DNA of 64,000 nucleotides. Origin: Callorhinchus milii (lineage: Eukaryota). The first letter of the stretch is position 1, and every line of letters starts with the position of its first letter. Under the pieces are notes generated by a model. It was given only the letters and a program-made list of their open reading frames with translations. It searched no databases and was not told the DNA's origin. Where the stretch lies: positions 52,204,001 to 52,268,000 of the forward strand of contig NW_024704746.1 in assembly GCF_018977255.1 (NCBI RefSeq), in the 5' to 3' direction. Positions 1 to 13,310 of the stretch are shown piece after piece. The position numbers and the translations under genes are program-made.

Positions 1-340
1 TGTTGTTGTTGTTGTGGTTGTGTGTGTGTATGTCTATCTCTGGCATGCGTGTCTCTCTCTTTGGTGTGTATGTCTCTCTCTGGTGTGTGTGTGTATATAT
101 CTGTGTGTGTGTGCCTCTCTCTGGTGTGGATCTTTCTCTGGTGTGTGTCTCTCGTTCAATCTGGTGTGTGTGTGTGTCTCTCTTTCTCTGGTGTGCGTGA
201 TTGTATGTGTCTCTCTGGGGTCTATGTCTCTTTCTGTTGTGTATAAGTGGCTGTGGTCATGGTGTTTGTCTCTCTGTGGTTTGTGTGTGTGAGTCATTCT
301 CTCTAATGTGTGTGTTCCTCTCTGGTGTGTGTGAGTCTCA
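1..340. repeat. (TG)/(TC)-rich low-complexity microsatellite tract
   Basis: Continuous degenerate TGTG/TCTC runs; the ORFs here (CVCV...) are repeat artefacts. Confidence 0.9.
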
Positions 341-1030
341 CCAGTTCTGGCCAGACTCCACTGGCTCCCCATCACTGAACTGATCGACTTCAAGATCCTC
401 ACACTTGTGTTCAAATCCCTTCACACTCTGGCACCTCCCTACCTCTCAGACCTCCTCACTCCCCAATCCACCACCCAGTGCCTCTGCTCAACTGGTGTGT
501 GTGTGTCTCTCTCTATTTCTGATGTACACGGATGACACCCAATTCTATCTCCCTGCCTCGACACCAGGACCTCTGCTGTCCTGACAGAATGTCTGTCAGA
601 CATCAAGCCTTGGATGAGAGCTAACTTTCTTCAGTTGAACATCAACAAGACCGAGGCTCTCCTGATTGGCTCCTGTCAGCGCCTCCACACCTCAGGCACT
701 GACAGCATCACCATCCATGGTTGCACACTACATCTTACTAAGCCAGTCCGGAACCTTGGGGTCTTGTTTGACCCTCAAATGTCCTTTCTACCCCACATCC
801 ATGCCATGACCTGCTCTGCCTTCCCTCACCTCCGCAACATTGGCCGGCTCCGCCACAGTCTCATACCACAAGCCGCCAAGACCCTCATAAACGCATTCAG
901 CCTCGACTATGCAAACTCCCTGCTTATTGGCCTTTTCAAGTCCTTCCTCCATATGTTGCAGATCATCCAGAATTCTGCAGCCCATGTCCTCTCCTGTACC
1001 AGGCTCCGTGACCCTATCACCCCCATCCTC
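340..1030 (+). mobile_element. Decayed L2 LINE fragments (RT C-terminal region)
   Basis: Translates to [19 protein letters not shown]...[14 protein letters not shown]...QNSAAHVL, homologous to the intact L2 ORF at 14065-16860. Confidence 0.85.
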
Positions 1031-1929
1031 TGTTTCATGTGTGTCTGTCTCATGTCTGTGACTCTCTCTGTGCAGTCTCGCTTCAGCATCTTCTTCTGTT
1101 TTACCTTACTTTCTCTCTTCTGCCCCCGTATTGATCTCCAACTTATGATACAAGAATATAATAAATAATTCTTGCATTTGATATAGTGCCTTATCATCAA
1201 AGTGCTTCACAGGATATACTGTAAAGTGAATTGACTTTGTTTTGTGGGCAAATCGCAGCAGCCAGTTTTGAGCGCATCAATGTCCCACAAACAGCCATGA
1301 AACGAGTGACCAATTTTATTTAGGGGATTGTTGGTCAGAACATTGGGAGAAACTCCCTTCCCTTTTTGATTAGTGTCACCTAAACAAACAGAGCCTCGGT
1401 TTAACCTCTCACATGAAGATCGGCGTTGCAAAGCACCTCCAGCACTGCACTGGAGCCTCAGCTTGGACTAAGTGATCCCAAGTCCCAACGTGGTGCTTGA
1501 ACCCACAACTTTCTGGCTCAGAGGTGAGAATACTACCTCCATTCCAACCAGGCTGTCTGGCAGAATGGAAGTATCGGGTATGCGGCTCGAAGCTGAATCA
1601 CTGGGAGTGAGTGTCCCATCCACTGGTCACAGAGGTCCAGGGAGTGGTTGTCAGGGCAGGCCAAGCCTGAGCTCTGACTGTGCGGACAAGGGCGCAAGCT
1701 TTCAACTTAACTCCATCTCCTGGCACTGCGCCACGCACCAATCAAAATAATAATATTTCTTGCATTTGATATGGCGCCTGACACCAACAATTTGCACTTA
1801 TATAGCGCTCTCCACGAAGGGTAGCATCGCATAGTGTTGACATGGGGCTTGAACCCACAACCTTCTGACGTAGAGGCAAGAGTTCTACCAACTGAGCCAA
1901 GCTGTCATCTAGTCATGGATTAAAATGAT

Positions 1930-2310
1930 AATAATAATAATAATCCTTGCATTTGATATAGTGCCTTATCACTTCCGTTTCAAAGCACTTCAACAACAAT
2001 GATAATAATAATAATCCTTGCATTTGATATAGCGCTTTTCATGTCTTCTCGACATCTCAAAGCGCTTCACAGAATAGACTGTAAAATGAATTGACCGTAT
2101 ATTTGTGGGTGAAACACAGCAACCAATTGCGCACAGCAGTGTCCCACAAACAGTCGTGGATTGAAAATGACCAATTTATTATTGTTTTGTTTTGGAGGGA
2201 TTATTATTAGTTGTGTGGAGTAAGGAAACTTGCCCAAGGTTTCGCCCTATCTGGAATTGAACACAGGTGTCTCGCTTGCAAGATGAGTGCTCTAACCACT
2301 AAGCTACAAC
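1930..2310 (-). mobile_element. tRNA-derived Deu-domain SINE with (ATT)n tail
   Basis: Reverse complement of the head GTAGCTTAGTGGTTAGAGCA, the core TGTGGGACACTGCTGTGCGCAATTGG and the tail ATATCAAATGCAAGGATTATTATT. Confidence 0.85.
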
Positions 2311-4370
2311 AACTTTTATATAGCATTTATATAATGCCCTTCACGTGGTGTAGGCTTGACAATGGTGGAGTCTGACCCCGAGCCAGGAGAAAAGGGAGGG
2401 GGAGGTGACCGTAAGCACGATCAAAAAGGAACGTCCTTACGTGGGATTTGAACGTGGGGAGGGAGTGAGTAAGACGGAGGAATTGAGGAGAGAGTTCCAG
2501 AGTTTCAGGGTGTAGTGTAGTGGCTGAAGGCACGTTCACCGATGGTAAAGCGGAGGGGACGAGGGACAAACAGGATGCCAGAGCTGACCGAGCTGAGGGA
2601 GTGGGTGGTGGAGTGGGGGGTAAGCAGGTCAGATAGGTAGGGAGATGCGAGGGCATGAAGGGATTTCAAAATGAGTGAGAGGATCTAGAAATCGATTCGT
2701 TCGGTAATTGGGAGTCAGTGCAGCCTGGCAAGGACTGGTTTGATGGGAGTGCGGAATTTTGTGTAGGTGCGTATCCAGGTGGTGGAATTTTTAATTAATT
2801 CGATTTTCTGTATGGTGGAGCTGCGGAGACCAGTGAGGGGGTTGTTGGAATAGTCCAGCCAGGAAGTGACAAAGACATGGACGAGGGTTTGTTGTGTTGG
2901 TTGTGAAGTTTGGATGGAGGCCGGCAATGTGGCGGAGGTGAAAAAAAGCTGTCCTGGTCAGGAAATGGATGTGTGGTAGAAAGGAAAGCTGGGGATCAAA
3001 CCTGACATCTAAGTTGCGCACAGATTCAGTGAGTCTGAAGGAGAGTCCGGGAAGGTTGAGGAGTTCAGACCCGCAGGAGAGAAGACATTGACGGGAACCA
3101 AAAAATATGGCTTCCTTCTTACAGACAACAATGTCATGTCACCTATCACCCTGATAGGAGTCCTGTAGCTCACTTTGCAAGCGAGAGACCTGAGTTCAAT
3201 TCCAGGCAGAGGGCGAAACCTTGGGCAAGTTTCCTTACTCCACATAGAGCCTAATAATAATCCCTCCAAAACCAAAAACAATAATAAATTGGTCATTTTC
3301 AATCCACGACTGTTTGTGGGACATTGCTGTGCGCAATTGGCTGCCACGTTCGCCCACAAATATAGTCTTCACTTTACAGTATATTCTGTGAAGCGCTTTG
3401 GGACGTCCTCCCGACGTGAAAAGCGCTATATCAAATGCAAGGATTATTATTATTAGCTACAGGAAATTTGTGCTCATCCAGGTCTTGATCAAACAAGCTG
3501 ACAGGACATCAGCGGACTGGGAATCGCAGCTGAAGGAGAAGTAGATTTGGGTGTCCACATACATTTGGAAGTTTACCCCATGTCTGCGGATAACATCACT
3601 ACGAGGGAACATGTGGATGAGGAAAAGAAGGGGGCCAAGGATGGAAGCCTGGGGTTCCCCACAGGTGACTGGGCGGGGGTAGAAGGAAAAAACATTTGCT
3701 GAGATGTTTTGTTGGTGGTTTGTTCAGTAAGATTCAAACCATATGAGTGCAATCCCGCTAAAAATGCATGAGGGAGGAGAGGTGGTGGATGAGAATGGTG
3801 TAGTTGAATGTGTAAAATACGGAGGTCTAGGAGAATGAAGAGGCAGAGGGAGCCTTGGTAACAGAGAGCACATCATTTATTCCTTTGACAAGCTCTGTCT
3901 CTGTGTTGTGGATTAAGGTGAAAATCAGACTGGAGGGGTTTGAGTATGGAGGGGAGGGAGAAGTGTGAGCGAAGTTGATTTGCAACCTGAGATTTGAGGT
4001 TTGAGATGGGTCTGAAGTTCGTGAGGTTGGAGGGTAGGTTTTTAAAGGAGTATTGACAGCAGTTTTAAGGAGAAGGAGGAGGACAAAGCCTGAGGAGAGG
4101 GACCGGTTGATTGTATCAGTGGGCAGAGGAGGTGACCAGAAGCTGGATGGGAAGAGGATTGAGGCACAGGGTCAGGGCAGCAGGTGGTGGGCTTCATCTG
4201 AATGATTGTGGATGAAAGGGAGGAGGGAGAGATGGACAAAGGAGTGTAAAGTTTGGGCCTTGGTAGGAGCCGTGGTAGGAGGAGGAGGTGATGAAGGAGG
4301 CATGGGGAGGGTGATAGGTGACATGGGGTGGTGGGGGGGGGGGAGCAGGAGGAGAAGCCAGGTGGATGTT
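2310..4370 (-). mobile_element. Old decayed L2 LINE interrupted by a SINE at ~3157-3455
   Basis: Fragments MKPTTCCPDP, RNLDVRFDPQLSFLPHI, LVHVFVTSWLDYSN and LPTFKSHVRTFLFDRAY occur in L2 ORF order on the minus strand. Confidence 0.8.
3157..3455 (+). mobile_element. tRNA-derived Deu-domain SINE
   Basis: GGAGTCCTGTAGCTCA head, B-box-like GAGTTCAATTCC, Deu core and GGGACGTCCTCCCGACGTGAAAAGCGCTATATCAAATGCAAGG(ATT)n tail. Confidence 0.9.
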
Positions 4371-4679
4371 ATCTATCTAAGAGATAAAGAGGTCCATGAC
4401 CTCTTCGCAATTGGCATCTGAAGTGAGGATTGAGGGTTCTTGAAAGGGGACTTGGAGGAAGTGCTGGGTTGGAGAACAAGATTTTGGGGTTGTTTTGGGC
4501 AGAATATACTGTAAAGTGGATTGACTGTATTTTGTGGGCACTTTATACAATACAATACAAAAATTACATTGACCGGAACCATAGAGTATGGCTTCTATCT
4601 TGCCAACTCTCTCCTGCGGTCTGAACTCCTCAACCTCCCCGGGCTCTCCTTCAGACTCACTGAACTCGCGTGCAACAGT

Positions 4680-5045
4680 GGAGTCCTGTAGCTCAGTGGT
4701 TAGAGCAATCCCCTTGCGAGTAGAGGACCTGGGTTCAGTTCCCAGCAGGGCGACACATTGGGCACGTTTCCTTACTCCACACCCCTCAATCTAGCAATAA
4801 GTAGGAACCTGGTTGTTAGTCGATTGGCGGATTGCTTTCTGGGGGTAGTAATCTCTTCAAAAAAATAATAGTCACTCAATCCACGACTGTTTGTGGGACA
4901 CTGCTGTGGGCAATTGGCTGCTGCATTTCGCCCACAAAATATACAGTCAATTCACTTTATAGCATATTCTGTGAAGCGCTTTAAACCGTCTCAAAGACGT
5001 GATAAGGTACTTTATGGAATCCATGGATTATTATTATTATTATGG
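4680..5045 (+). mobile_element. tRNA-derived Deu-domain SINE
   Basis: GGAGTCCTGTAGCTCAGTGGTTAGAGCA head, Deu core and (ATT)n tail. Confidence 0.85.
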
Positions 5046-5342
5046 TGCCTTTCACGTCGGAAGGACGTCCCGAGGCTTTTTCCAGGTTTGTAACCTGGAT
5101 ACCTGAACAAAACTATGTCTCTGCTCTACTTGTCGACACAAACCAAAAAAAACCTCCTCCCGAACAGACAGAAGCTTTGATGTAAACGGCACTGTATTAG
5201 CCCTGAGGTTGCGCACCGACTGCTGTGTGTGTTCCACACAGTGACACAGTGACAGGAGCCACACAGCGCAGCGCAGCACTGCACTGCCTATCCCGTTATC
5301 AGCACCGAGCGCACACTGCCCACCGCGGGCAGCCGCACCTAC

Positions 5343-5498
5343 CAGAGATTTCGCTGTCCCCATCCTGTTCAGACCGTCCAAAGGAAGCAGATCTGCCGAG
5401 TCCTTGTGAGTGAACTGGACCGCTTGCTTCAGCCGCCTCTGCTGGTGCAGGATCGCCTTGTCCCTCAGGTTCAGCTCCTTTTTCTTGCACTCAGACAT
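5343..5498 (-). CDS. NRIP2: Nuclear receptor-interacting protein 2, first coding exon (52 codons; the rest of the gene was not found and probably lies left of the window)
   Basis: MSECKKKELNLRDKAILHQQRRLKQAVQFTHKDSADLLPLDGLNRMGTAKSL matches the NRIP2/NRIP3 N-terminal motif QRRLKQAxQFxHKDSADLLPLD. Phase-0 donor CTG|GTAGGT at 5343. NRIP2 rather than NRIP3 is chosen by synteny with TEX52/FOXM1. Confidence 0.85.
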
Positions 5499-6304
5499 CG
5501 CTGTGGATTTGCCTCCTTATCGCTCGCCCCTCTGTGGTGTCTGGGACTATCGCTCTGACCCTTCCCTAATGCTCTCTCCTCTCAGCGCTTCCCTCTGCGG
5601 TTGGGTAGGTGGCTCTCCCCCCCTCTCCCCCCCACCGCCTGCAACACACGTCACCACCACACAGACATCTCCATGAGTGTAATACCATGAGAGAGAGAGA
5701 GAGAGAGGACTCTGCAGAAAGCTGCTGATGAGAGCTGTAGGGACCGAGCACAGGGCGCACCGAGACCTCGCGGGGATTTACCGTTGGCGACTGTGGTTCT
5801 TCTCCCCCAACTTAAACCCCGACTGAGCTCAGTGGTGCAGTCGCCTTTGCCGTTGGGGCTGATTCCAGGCGAGTTTTCGCTGCTGATGAGACGAGCTCCA
5901 CCGTCTTCCCCATTGCGCAATGACTGTAGTTCCAGTGTGTTCCCCCAGACCAGAGCTCAGACCCGCTGCATTACCCTCTTGTATTTTTTACGTTCACTAA
6001 ATATTTTCGTGAATTTGTGGTCCACATTGAAGGTTCATTCCATTCAGCGTGTGTTGAGGTGTAATTGTGTAACTGACCAGCTCCAGTGTGAATCCTTTAG
6101 GAGATAAAGGATTTATTCATTTAAACAGATTTAGGGCAATTGAGGGGTTGGTAGGGATCCCATTGAATTTGGATGTGAATAAATTCCCAATCTCATATTT
6201 GAAGTCGATTTGTTTAAGGCAGTTTGTGAAATAGATTTTGTGAGGAGGCTTCCAGCTTTTAGTTTGCAGACAGGGTTTCTCACAATTACTTGTTTTAAAT
6301 ACAA

Positions 6305-6900
6305 TAATAATCACAATCCTTACATTTGATATAGTGCCTTATCAAGTCGTTGAGAAGTCTCAAAGCGCTTCACAGGATACACTGTAAAGTGGATTGACTT
6401 GTATATTTTGTGGGTGTAGCGTGGCAGCCAATTGCGCACAGCAGTGTCCCACAAACAGCTAAGGAGTGAATGACCAGGTAATAGGAAAATTTGTTTCCTT
6501 TTTCGAATAGTGCCAAGGGATCTTTAATGACCCTGGATCATGTCTCATCTGAAGGATTTATTGCCCCAGGAAAAGCTAGCTGCCAATCGACTACTGGGTT
6601 CCTTCTTACTGCTAGGTGTATATAGAGTAAGGAAACTTGCCCAATGTTTCGCCCAGCCCGGGAACTGAATTCAGGTCATCTCGCTTGCGAGATGAGTGCT
6701 CTAACCATTAAGCTACAGGATTCCAAGTAATAGGTTAATGTGGTATGTTACTGATTGGTTAGAGCTGTATATAATAATAACGATAATAATCCTTGAATTT
6801 GATATAGTGCCTTATCACGACATGAGAACGTCTCAAAGTGCTTCACAGGATATACTGTAAAGTGGATTGATTGTGTATTTTGTGGGCGAAATGTGATCCA
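6305..6900 (-). mobile_element. Two adjacent Deu-domain SINE copies (one with tRNA head, one 3' fragment)
   Basis: (TAA)n-CCTTGCATTTGATATAG tails near 6305 and 6775; tRNA-like head near 6650-6720. Confidence 0.75.
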
Positions 6901-7531
6901 GAAGGTTGGGGCATAGTGACTGAAGGCTGACCTGATAGAGGAGGAACCCACTATATATAGACAAGTGACAATAATGATAATAGATTTTTTTTTGGTCAGC
7001 TAGGTGTCTTGACACATGAGGAAACCCATCATCATGCTTAAGAGTATCCAAACCAAACTGAGATTTCCATACATCTCACCTAGAGGTGTAAATCCTAGAG
7101 ATAGATTGTTGGAATGGAAGGGGAATAACACCCTGGAGGGACTCATCCTACTTACCTAATTCTGGAAAATGTTAGGCGCAGATTGGCAAGACCCAAGGCT
7201 TGGGGATCCCAGGGTGTATGTTGGAGTAACTGCTGGAGTCCAACCTGCTAAGCCCACGTAGCTTGCCATTGATATTGCTGTCTAGCAAGCTTTTCCACTG
7301 TTTGTCCAGCTAGAACCATCCCACCTGTTAGGGCTTTGTCTTGCTGGGTTAACAGGAGCTGAGTTGGTTGACTCCCTGCCCCCAGTAACTGGTCTGCCCT
7401 TCCAGGTCCTGCCGATGAGCCAGGGTGGCTGTGCTGTCATCAGTAATGCCCTGGAATACTGTGGACCCAGGTGGCTCAGGAACAGGACTACCAAGATCAC
7501 CACAGAGTACTGACTCAATTCCGACATTCCA

Positions 7532-7727
7532 TTAATAATAATAATAATAATCCTTGCATTTGATATAGCGCTTTTCACGTCGGGAGGACGTCCCAAAGCG
7601 CTTCACAGAATATACTGTAAAGTAAATTGACTGTATATTTGTGGGCGAACGCGGCAGCCAATTGCGCACAGCAATGTCCCACAAACAGTCGTAGATTGAA
7701 AATGACCAATTTATTATTGTTTTGGGT
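7532..7727 (-). mobile_element. Young SINE 3' half
   Basis: Near-identical to the copies at 9370-9575 and 30877-31097. Confidence 0.9.
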
Positions 7728-8739
7728 TGCCAGCCATTGCCAGCCATGTCACCTTGGAGCCAGTTCAGCTACAAAGAAACCCTGCTTATTCTCGCCCCAA
7801 GGAGGACAGTCACTAATAGGTCATTTGACATCCGACAAGTGCGGGTTTGAGTCCTCACTGGGTGGATGGTACATACAAGGAACTCCTTGTGAGTTTCCCA
7901 ATGAGCGATGGTTCCACCAATTGGAGGTATGGAGTTTAAGCAGCAGCTGCCTGCATCTCTGCAGGCAATCAAGATGGATTCCAGGTGCTGGACGTTTGTT
8001 CACAAACTCGGACTCCAGGTAACGCCTTCCAACAGCTGTCGCCCCAAGTCTCAGAATTCCTCATCAGCTATCTGGTGGGCAGCTACCTTCAGCCTTGTGG
8101 GAGGACCTTTACAGGACAGCTTGTAATGTGTTAGCTACTTTGACGTTCTCGAGGTCCAGTCCAATGCCGGGTACCAGGTTTAGTACCAGCTGCTTAATCC
8201 AGGTCCTCATGCGAGGGACCTTGGCAAACAGACATGCCTGGTGTGAAGCCGACTCAGCCTCCAGGCTGTTTAGTGTCAGGTCAGTGTAGGTCAAAGCTCT
8301 CCCTCCTTATAGCCGCTTTTCATGTTTGCCACAAATGGTTGATCCTGGACTTTGCAAATGGGTCGGAGGAAACCTCTCCACTACATTCCCTGGAGCTCAG
8401 ATTGGTAAAGGAGGAAATAATTGATTAACATGGTACAGCAGTTGGCACGAAGAAAGCTGACTTTTCACTTCAGCAGTGTAGCAAGTTCCCCCTCTGTTGA
8501 CCTACTGATGTGTATTGTTTTGACTGTGCTATTTATTGGATAAAATGTCTATATGATGAAGTGGTAATTGCAGCTTTGCCGCAGTTTTAATGGAAAACTG
8601 CTCCCGTCAGTACTTGAGATGCTGTGTGCACAAAAATGGAGTGTGCAGTGTTGAATTACGGCTGCCAATCTGTTAGTGCTCACTCTGTAGGCAAACAGGA
8701 GAAAGAGCAGCTCACTGCTGGACTGCACTGCATCACTCC

Positions 8740-10170
8740 AGAGCCTACCTCTCACACCATCTCCAATTCATCTCCACAAATGGCTTCACCTCTGGCCCCT
8801 GCGCCATCTACGTGGCATCCTCAGGGCTCTGTCCTTGGTCCCCTCCTCTTCAACATATACATGCTCCCTCTTGGTGACATCATCTGCAGACATGGGGTCA
8901 ATTTCCCCATATATGAGGATGACACCTAACTCTATCTCTCTGCCTCCACCCTCAACTCCAGGACCACTGTTGTCCTGACAGAATGTCTGTCATACATCAA
9001 GTCCTGGATGAGAGCTAACTTTCTACAGTTGAACGTCAACAAGACCGAGGCTCTCCTGATTGGCTCCCATCAACGCCTCCTCACCTCAGGCACTGACAGC
9101 ATCACCATCCATGGCTGCACACTCCACCTCACCGAGTCAATTTGGGACTTTGGCATCTTGTTTGACCCTCAACTGTCCTTTCTACCCCACATCTGTGCCA
9201 TGACCCACTCTGCCTTCCCCCACCTCTGCAACAATGTTCGGCTCCACCATTGCCTCACCCCTCAGGCCACCGAAACCCGCATAAATGCTTTGCAAGTGAG
9301 AGACCTGAGTTCAATTCCTGACAGGGCGAAACCTTGGGCAAGTTTCCTTACTCCACACGCCTAATAATAATCCCTCCAAAGCCAAAAACAATAATAAATT
9401 GGTCATTTTCAATCTACGACTGTTTGTGGGACATTGCTGTGCGCAATTGGCTGCCACGTTCGCCCACAAATATACAGTCAATTCACTTTACAGTATGTTC
9501 TGTGAAGCGCTTTGGGACGTCCTCTCGACGTGAAAAGCGCTATATCAAATGCAAGGATTATTATTATTATTATTTATCAATCACATCTAGGCTCAACTAC
9601 GCCAACTGACTACGCCAACTCCCTGCTTGTCAGCCTTCCCAGCTCTTCCCTCCAAAAGCTGAAGATCATCCAGAACTCTGCAGCTCATGTTCTCTCCTGT
9701 ACCAGACTCTGTGATCCTATCACCCCTCGCCTGGCTCCACTGGCTCCCCATCCCCCAAAGAATCGAGTTCAAAATCCTCGTCCTCATCTTCAAGGCCCTC
9801 CACGGCCTTGCCCCTTCCTATCTCTGTGACCTGCTGACCTCATATCAACCTGTCCACTCACTCTGCTCAGCAGGATGTGGCCTACTCTATGTCTCCCACC
9901 CGACCCGTCCCACCATTGGTGGTCGTTCGGGCCTTCAGCCTTCCTGCCCCCACCCTTTGGAACTCCATCCCGCATTCCTTTTGCCTTACTTCCTTCCTTG
10001 ACTCCTACAAGGCGTGTCTCAAAACCCTCCTCTTCGACTGTGCCTTCGGCTATCCTCCCTGCCTGCAATCCTCCCCGATCCTGAGTGCCAGCTCAGGTCC
10101 AAATCCCTGACTGTCCAGCGTCTTGGGACACCGTCCCGACATGAAAGGCACTATACAAATGTAATTTGGT
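8740..10170 (+). mobile_element. Decayed L2 LINE 3' portion interrupted by a SINE (~9290-9575)
   Basis: [38 protein letters not shown] and [15 protein letters not shown] fragments; L2 tail GAAAGGCACTATACAAATG followed by TTG/TATTG repeats. Confidence 0.85.
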
Positions 10171-12975
10171 ATTGTATTGTATCTGGCACTTGATACCAAA
10201 TCGTCATATACACATACAAACCACTACACGGGCACAGTTATATGCACACAGAGACACATATATATACAGGCTGGCACACTCAAATTCAAGCACACACACA
10301 GAATGCACACTCACTAACATTGGCATACACACAAATGCACAGAAACAGAACACATACGTACACACATTCTTCGATTCCCCACCCCCATGATGCACTGTGT
10401 GACCAAAGCACTCAGGGCCATTCACTTTCCCCCCAAAAGTACATCAAAGAGTGTCAGCATTGGCCTAGATTTTAACAGTTCTCCTACGATATTAATCCAC
10501 AGCACCTCAAATTACCACTGTAGGTAAAATCTTCCTTGATCTGCACGGAAGATCTGATTGATCTGTTCAGCATTCCATCTCATGGCTCAGTTTTATAGGC
10601 CTTTCACCTCTGGAATAGACCTCATAGTCTTGGCTGATGCTCCAGTACAGTACACAAATAAATAATAACGACAGCAGGACATTTCACAAGTTTCACTTTA
10701 ACTGTGCATTTTGCAGGCAAACACAGCATCCAGTTTGCCACAACAATATTCCACAAACAGACTTGAAGTGAGTGGCCAGTTTTATCTGGGGATGATTGGG
10801 CAGGACGCTGGAGAAACTTACTTCTCTTTTCAAAACTGCCATGGGATCTTTGATGTCCATCTGAACAGGCAGACCATCTGCTCTCCGTTTACCATCTCAT
10901 CTGAAAGACGGCACCTCCAACAATGCAATGGGTGTCAGTCAATACCGTGTGTTCAAAGTTGTGCAGTGAATTCATCTTATGATATTACTCAGAGGTGAGA
11001 ATGCTACCAACTGAGTGAGGCTGACATCTACTGGGGGAACCTTGCATTGTCTGAAGTACTGTCCTTCGACTAAAATTTATAAACCAAGGTCCTGTTTCTG
11101 TCTTAAAGATCCTATGGCACGATTCAAAAAGGGATGGGTATTTTTTCCCATTGTCCTGACCAACAATCCTCCTGATATTTTTTTGTGGAACCTTGCTGTG
11201 CTCAAATCGGGCTACTTCGTTTGCCTAAACCTAGACAATCACTTGGAATTCTCTGTGAAGTGCTTTCCGATGTTTTGATGTTACAGCAGTATAATAGCTG
11301 CATGGATTATTACAGAAAAACTCACATAAGTCATATCAGTTGGGGCCATACCACTTAATATGACTTAAGCGAAGTCCGAGTTGCAGGCAAACTATAGAAG
11401 TCGTGGAACACGCGATTTAATCAATAATCTACACTGCGCATGTGTAATTTAATGCAAATGTGATGCGGTATAGTTCATCACTGAACCCAGTAACTCCGCA
11501 TGTGGTGATGGGTCAATGCAATTCAGTGCATCTTGACACTTCACCGCACATGCACATGTATATGGCCAAATTAAGACAGAAAAATTAAAGGCAGAAAGAA
11601 ATTATCGCAAAGCCGCACAGCCCACAGAAGAGGAGTGATAAAAGATCAAGGAATTAATGGCCAAATTATCAAAAGTAGAGAATCTTTTAGAGAAGGAGTG
11701 AGAGGCAAGGAGATTGGATTGGGAACTGAGATGTAGGAAATTAAAACAATAAAATGAAGATTTAAGATCAGCATACAATGTGCCAACTCAACAAATAATT
11801 AAAAGTCAGAAAGGCTCCAGTGTTTCACATAAAACGTGTGAAAGTCAGATTAGTGCACTAAAGAAAATGCTTTCTGCAGAAAGAAAAGATTTGTGCCATT
11901 ACCAAATGGGAACCAGGGAAGATTGTGGCCCTTCAAAGTTCATCAGGTGATGATGATGTGAACTGGAATGATCTCGATGATGAGGTATACTATTACCACG
12001 ACGGTGACTAGTAGATGAATGGGCCATCGGCACATTCGGCCATAACTTCTACACCACTGGCATCGGGCATACTATCTGCTGCTCCTATGGCGCTCATGAT
12101 GCAGCGACGGATGTGGATACCGCCTTTAGATCAGGCGGGCAATCAACTGCTTATTCTTGAAGCGCATATTATAACCCCCTAACGCACCTCACAATTTACA
12201 AGAAATGGCTGCAAAATTGCCTGAATACAATGGCACGGGGTTGGACAAGCGCATTTTGAAGAAGTAGCGCAAATAGTTGCACTTAATGATTTAAATGACA
12301 AGGAGCAAGCTAAGCTGATTTTATGTATGCTGATGCCCAGTTTTTAATGCTTTGTCAGGAGATGCTAAAACAGCGAATAGGAATGCTACTCAGACAAAGG
12401 AAAATGTTTTAACTTGTGTGGGATTTGATAGAGGGGATCCATACAGAACACTGGGAGAGTGTTTGCAAAATCCAAATGAACATCCTGAGGCATTTGGACA
12501 GAGATTATTGGCATGTTATAATCAAGCACTTGGTGGAGCATTAAGTAGAGCAGCAATAGCAGGACCAGAATTTGACCATTGATTGCAGTTGTACATCTCG
12601 CATTCACTGCCTTGGATTAGAACAGCTCTGGAGGAAATGTATGATTCAAGGGATCCTACCCATACAGAAATGTGGATGATACGCAGAATGCAGTTAAAAT
12701 AGGAGGCAGCCCTGTTTAAGCAGAAACAAGTAAATGTGTCAGCAGTGACTTGCGCTAATAATGGTCCAAGCGCACCCTCTCCAATAGCAGAAGAAATGCC
12801 GTGGATGAATGAAGGGCCATCGGTTAATTTCTCGCAAAAGAGAGGCAGGCAGCAGTCTTTTAATAGAGGTAGAAGTGGTGGAGACCATGATGGTCGAGAA
12901 AGTTACAGGCCAAATGAAGGTCGAGGAGAAGGTGGGAATTATTCTCCCGAAAGCCGGGAGAATCATCCCTATCAA

Positions 12976-13310
12976 CATGTCCGTTCCCTCCGCTCAGCAG
13001 GCTCCAGCCTGCTCCAGGTCTCCCACCCAACCCGCCCTACCATCGGTGGCCGGGCTTTCAGACCCTCTGCCCCCACTCCTTGGAACTCCATCCCACAATC
13101 CGTTTGCCTTGCTCCCTCTCTTGCTTCGTTCAAGGCACTACTCAAGACCCTCCTTTTCGACTGTGCCTTCAGCCGCCCCCTTACCCCCTCTGCCCTCCCT
13201 CAACCTAACCCTGCCCCCCATGCTCGGGTCCTGATCCCTGACTGTTCAGTGCCTTGGGACATCTTCCCAACGTGAAAGGTGCTTTACAAATTTCATTTTG
13301 TTGTTGTATT
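12976..13310 (+). mobile_element. L2 LINE 3' end inserted between the gag and integrase remnants
   Basis: [27 protein letters not shown]...FKALLKTLLFD followed by the L2 tail. Confidence 0.85.

Noticed and set aside
4680-4755. tRNA gene (also ~3157, ~19415 and ~24375)
   Set aside because: tRNA-like heads continue directly into the SINE body and tail; they are not standalone tRNAs.
5052-5342. C-terminal part of the 148-aa ORF 5052-5498
   Set aside because: Read-through into NRIP2 intron 1 past the GTAGGT donor; similarity ends at the donor.
5883-5910. Hammerhead ribozyme core (CTGATGA followed by a GACG/CGTC stem)
   Set aside because: The required GAAA after stem II is absent (TTCC instead), and no stems I/III are evident.
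11340-11352. Primer-binding site TGGGGCCATACC for the LTR element
   Set aside because: I could not match it to a tRNA 3' end, and no 5' LTR copy precedes it.
12736-13275. 179-aa gag-L2 fusion ORF
   Set aside because: Chance in-frame junction between a decayed gag tail and an inserted L2 3' fragment; the upstream gag is full of stops.
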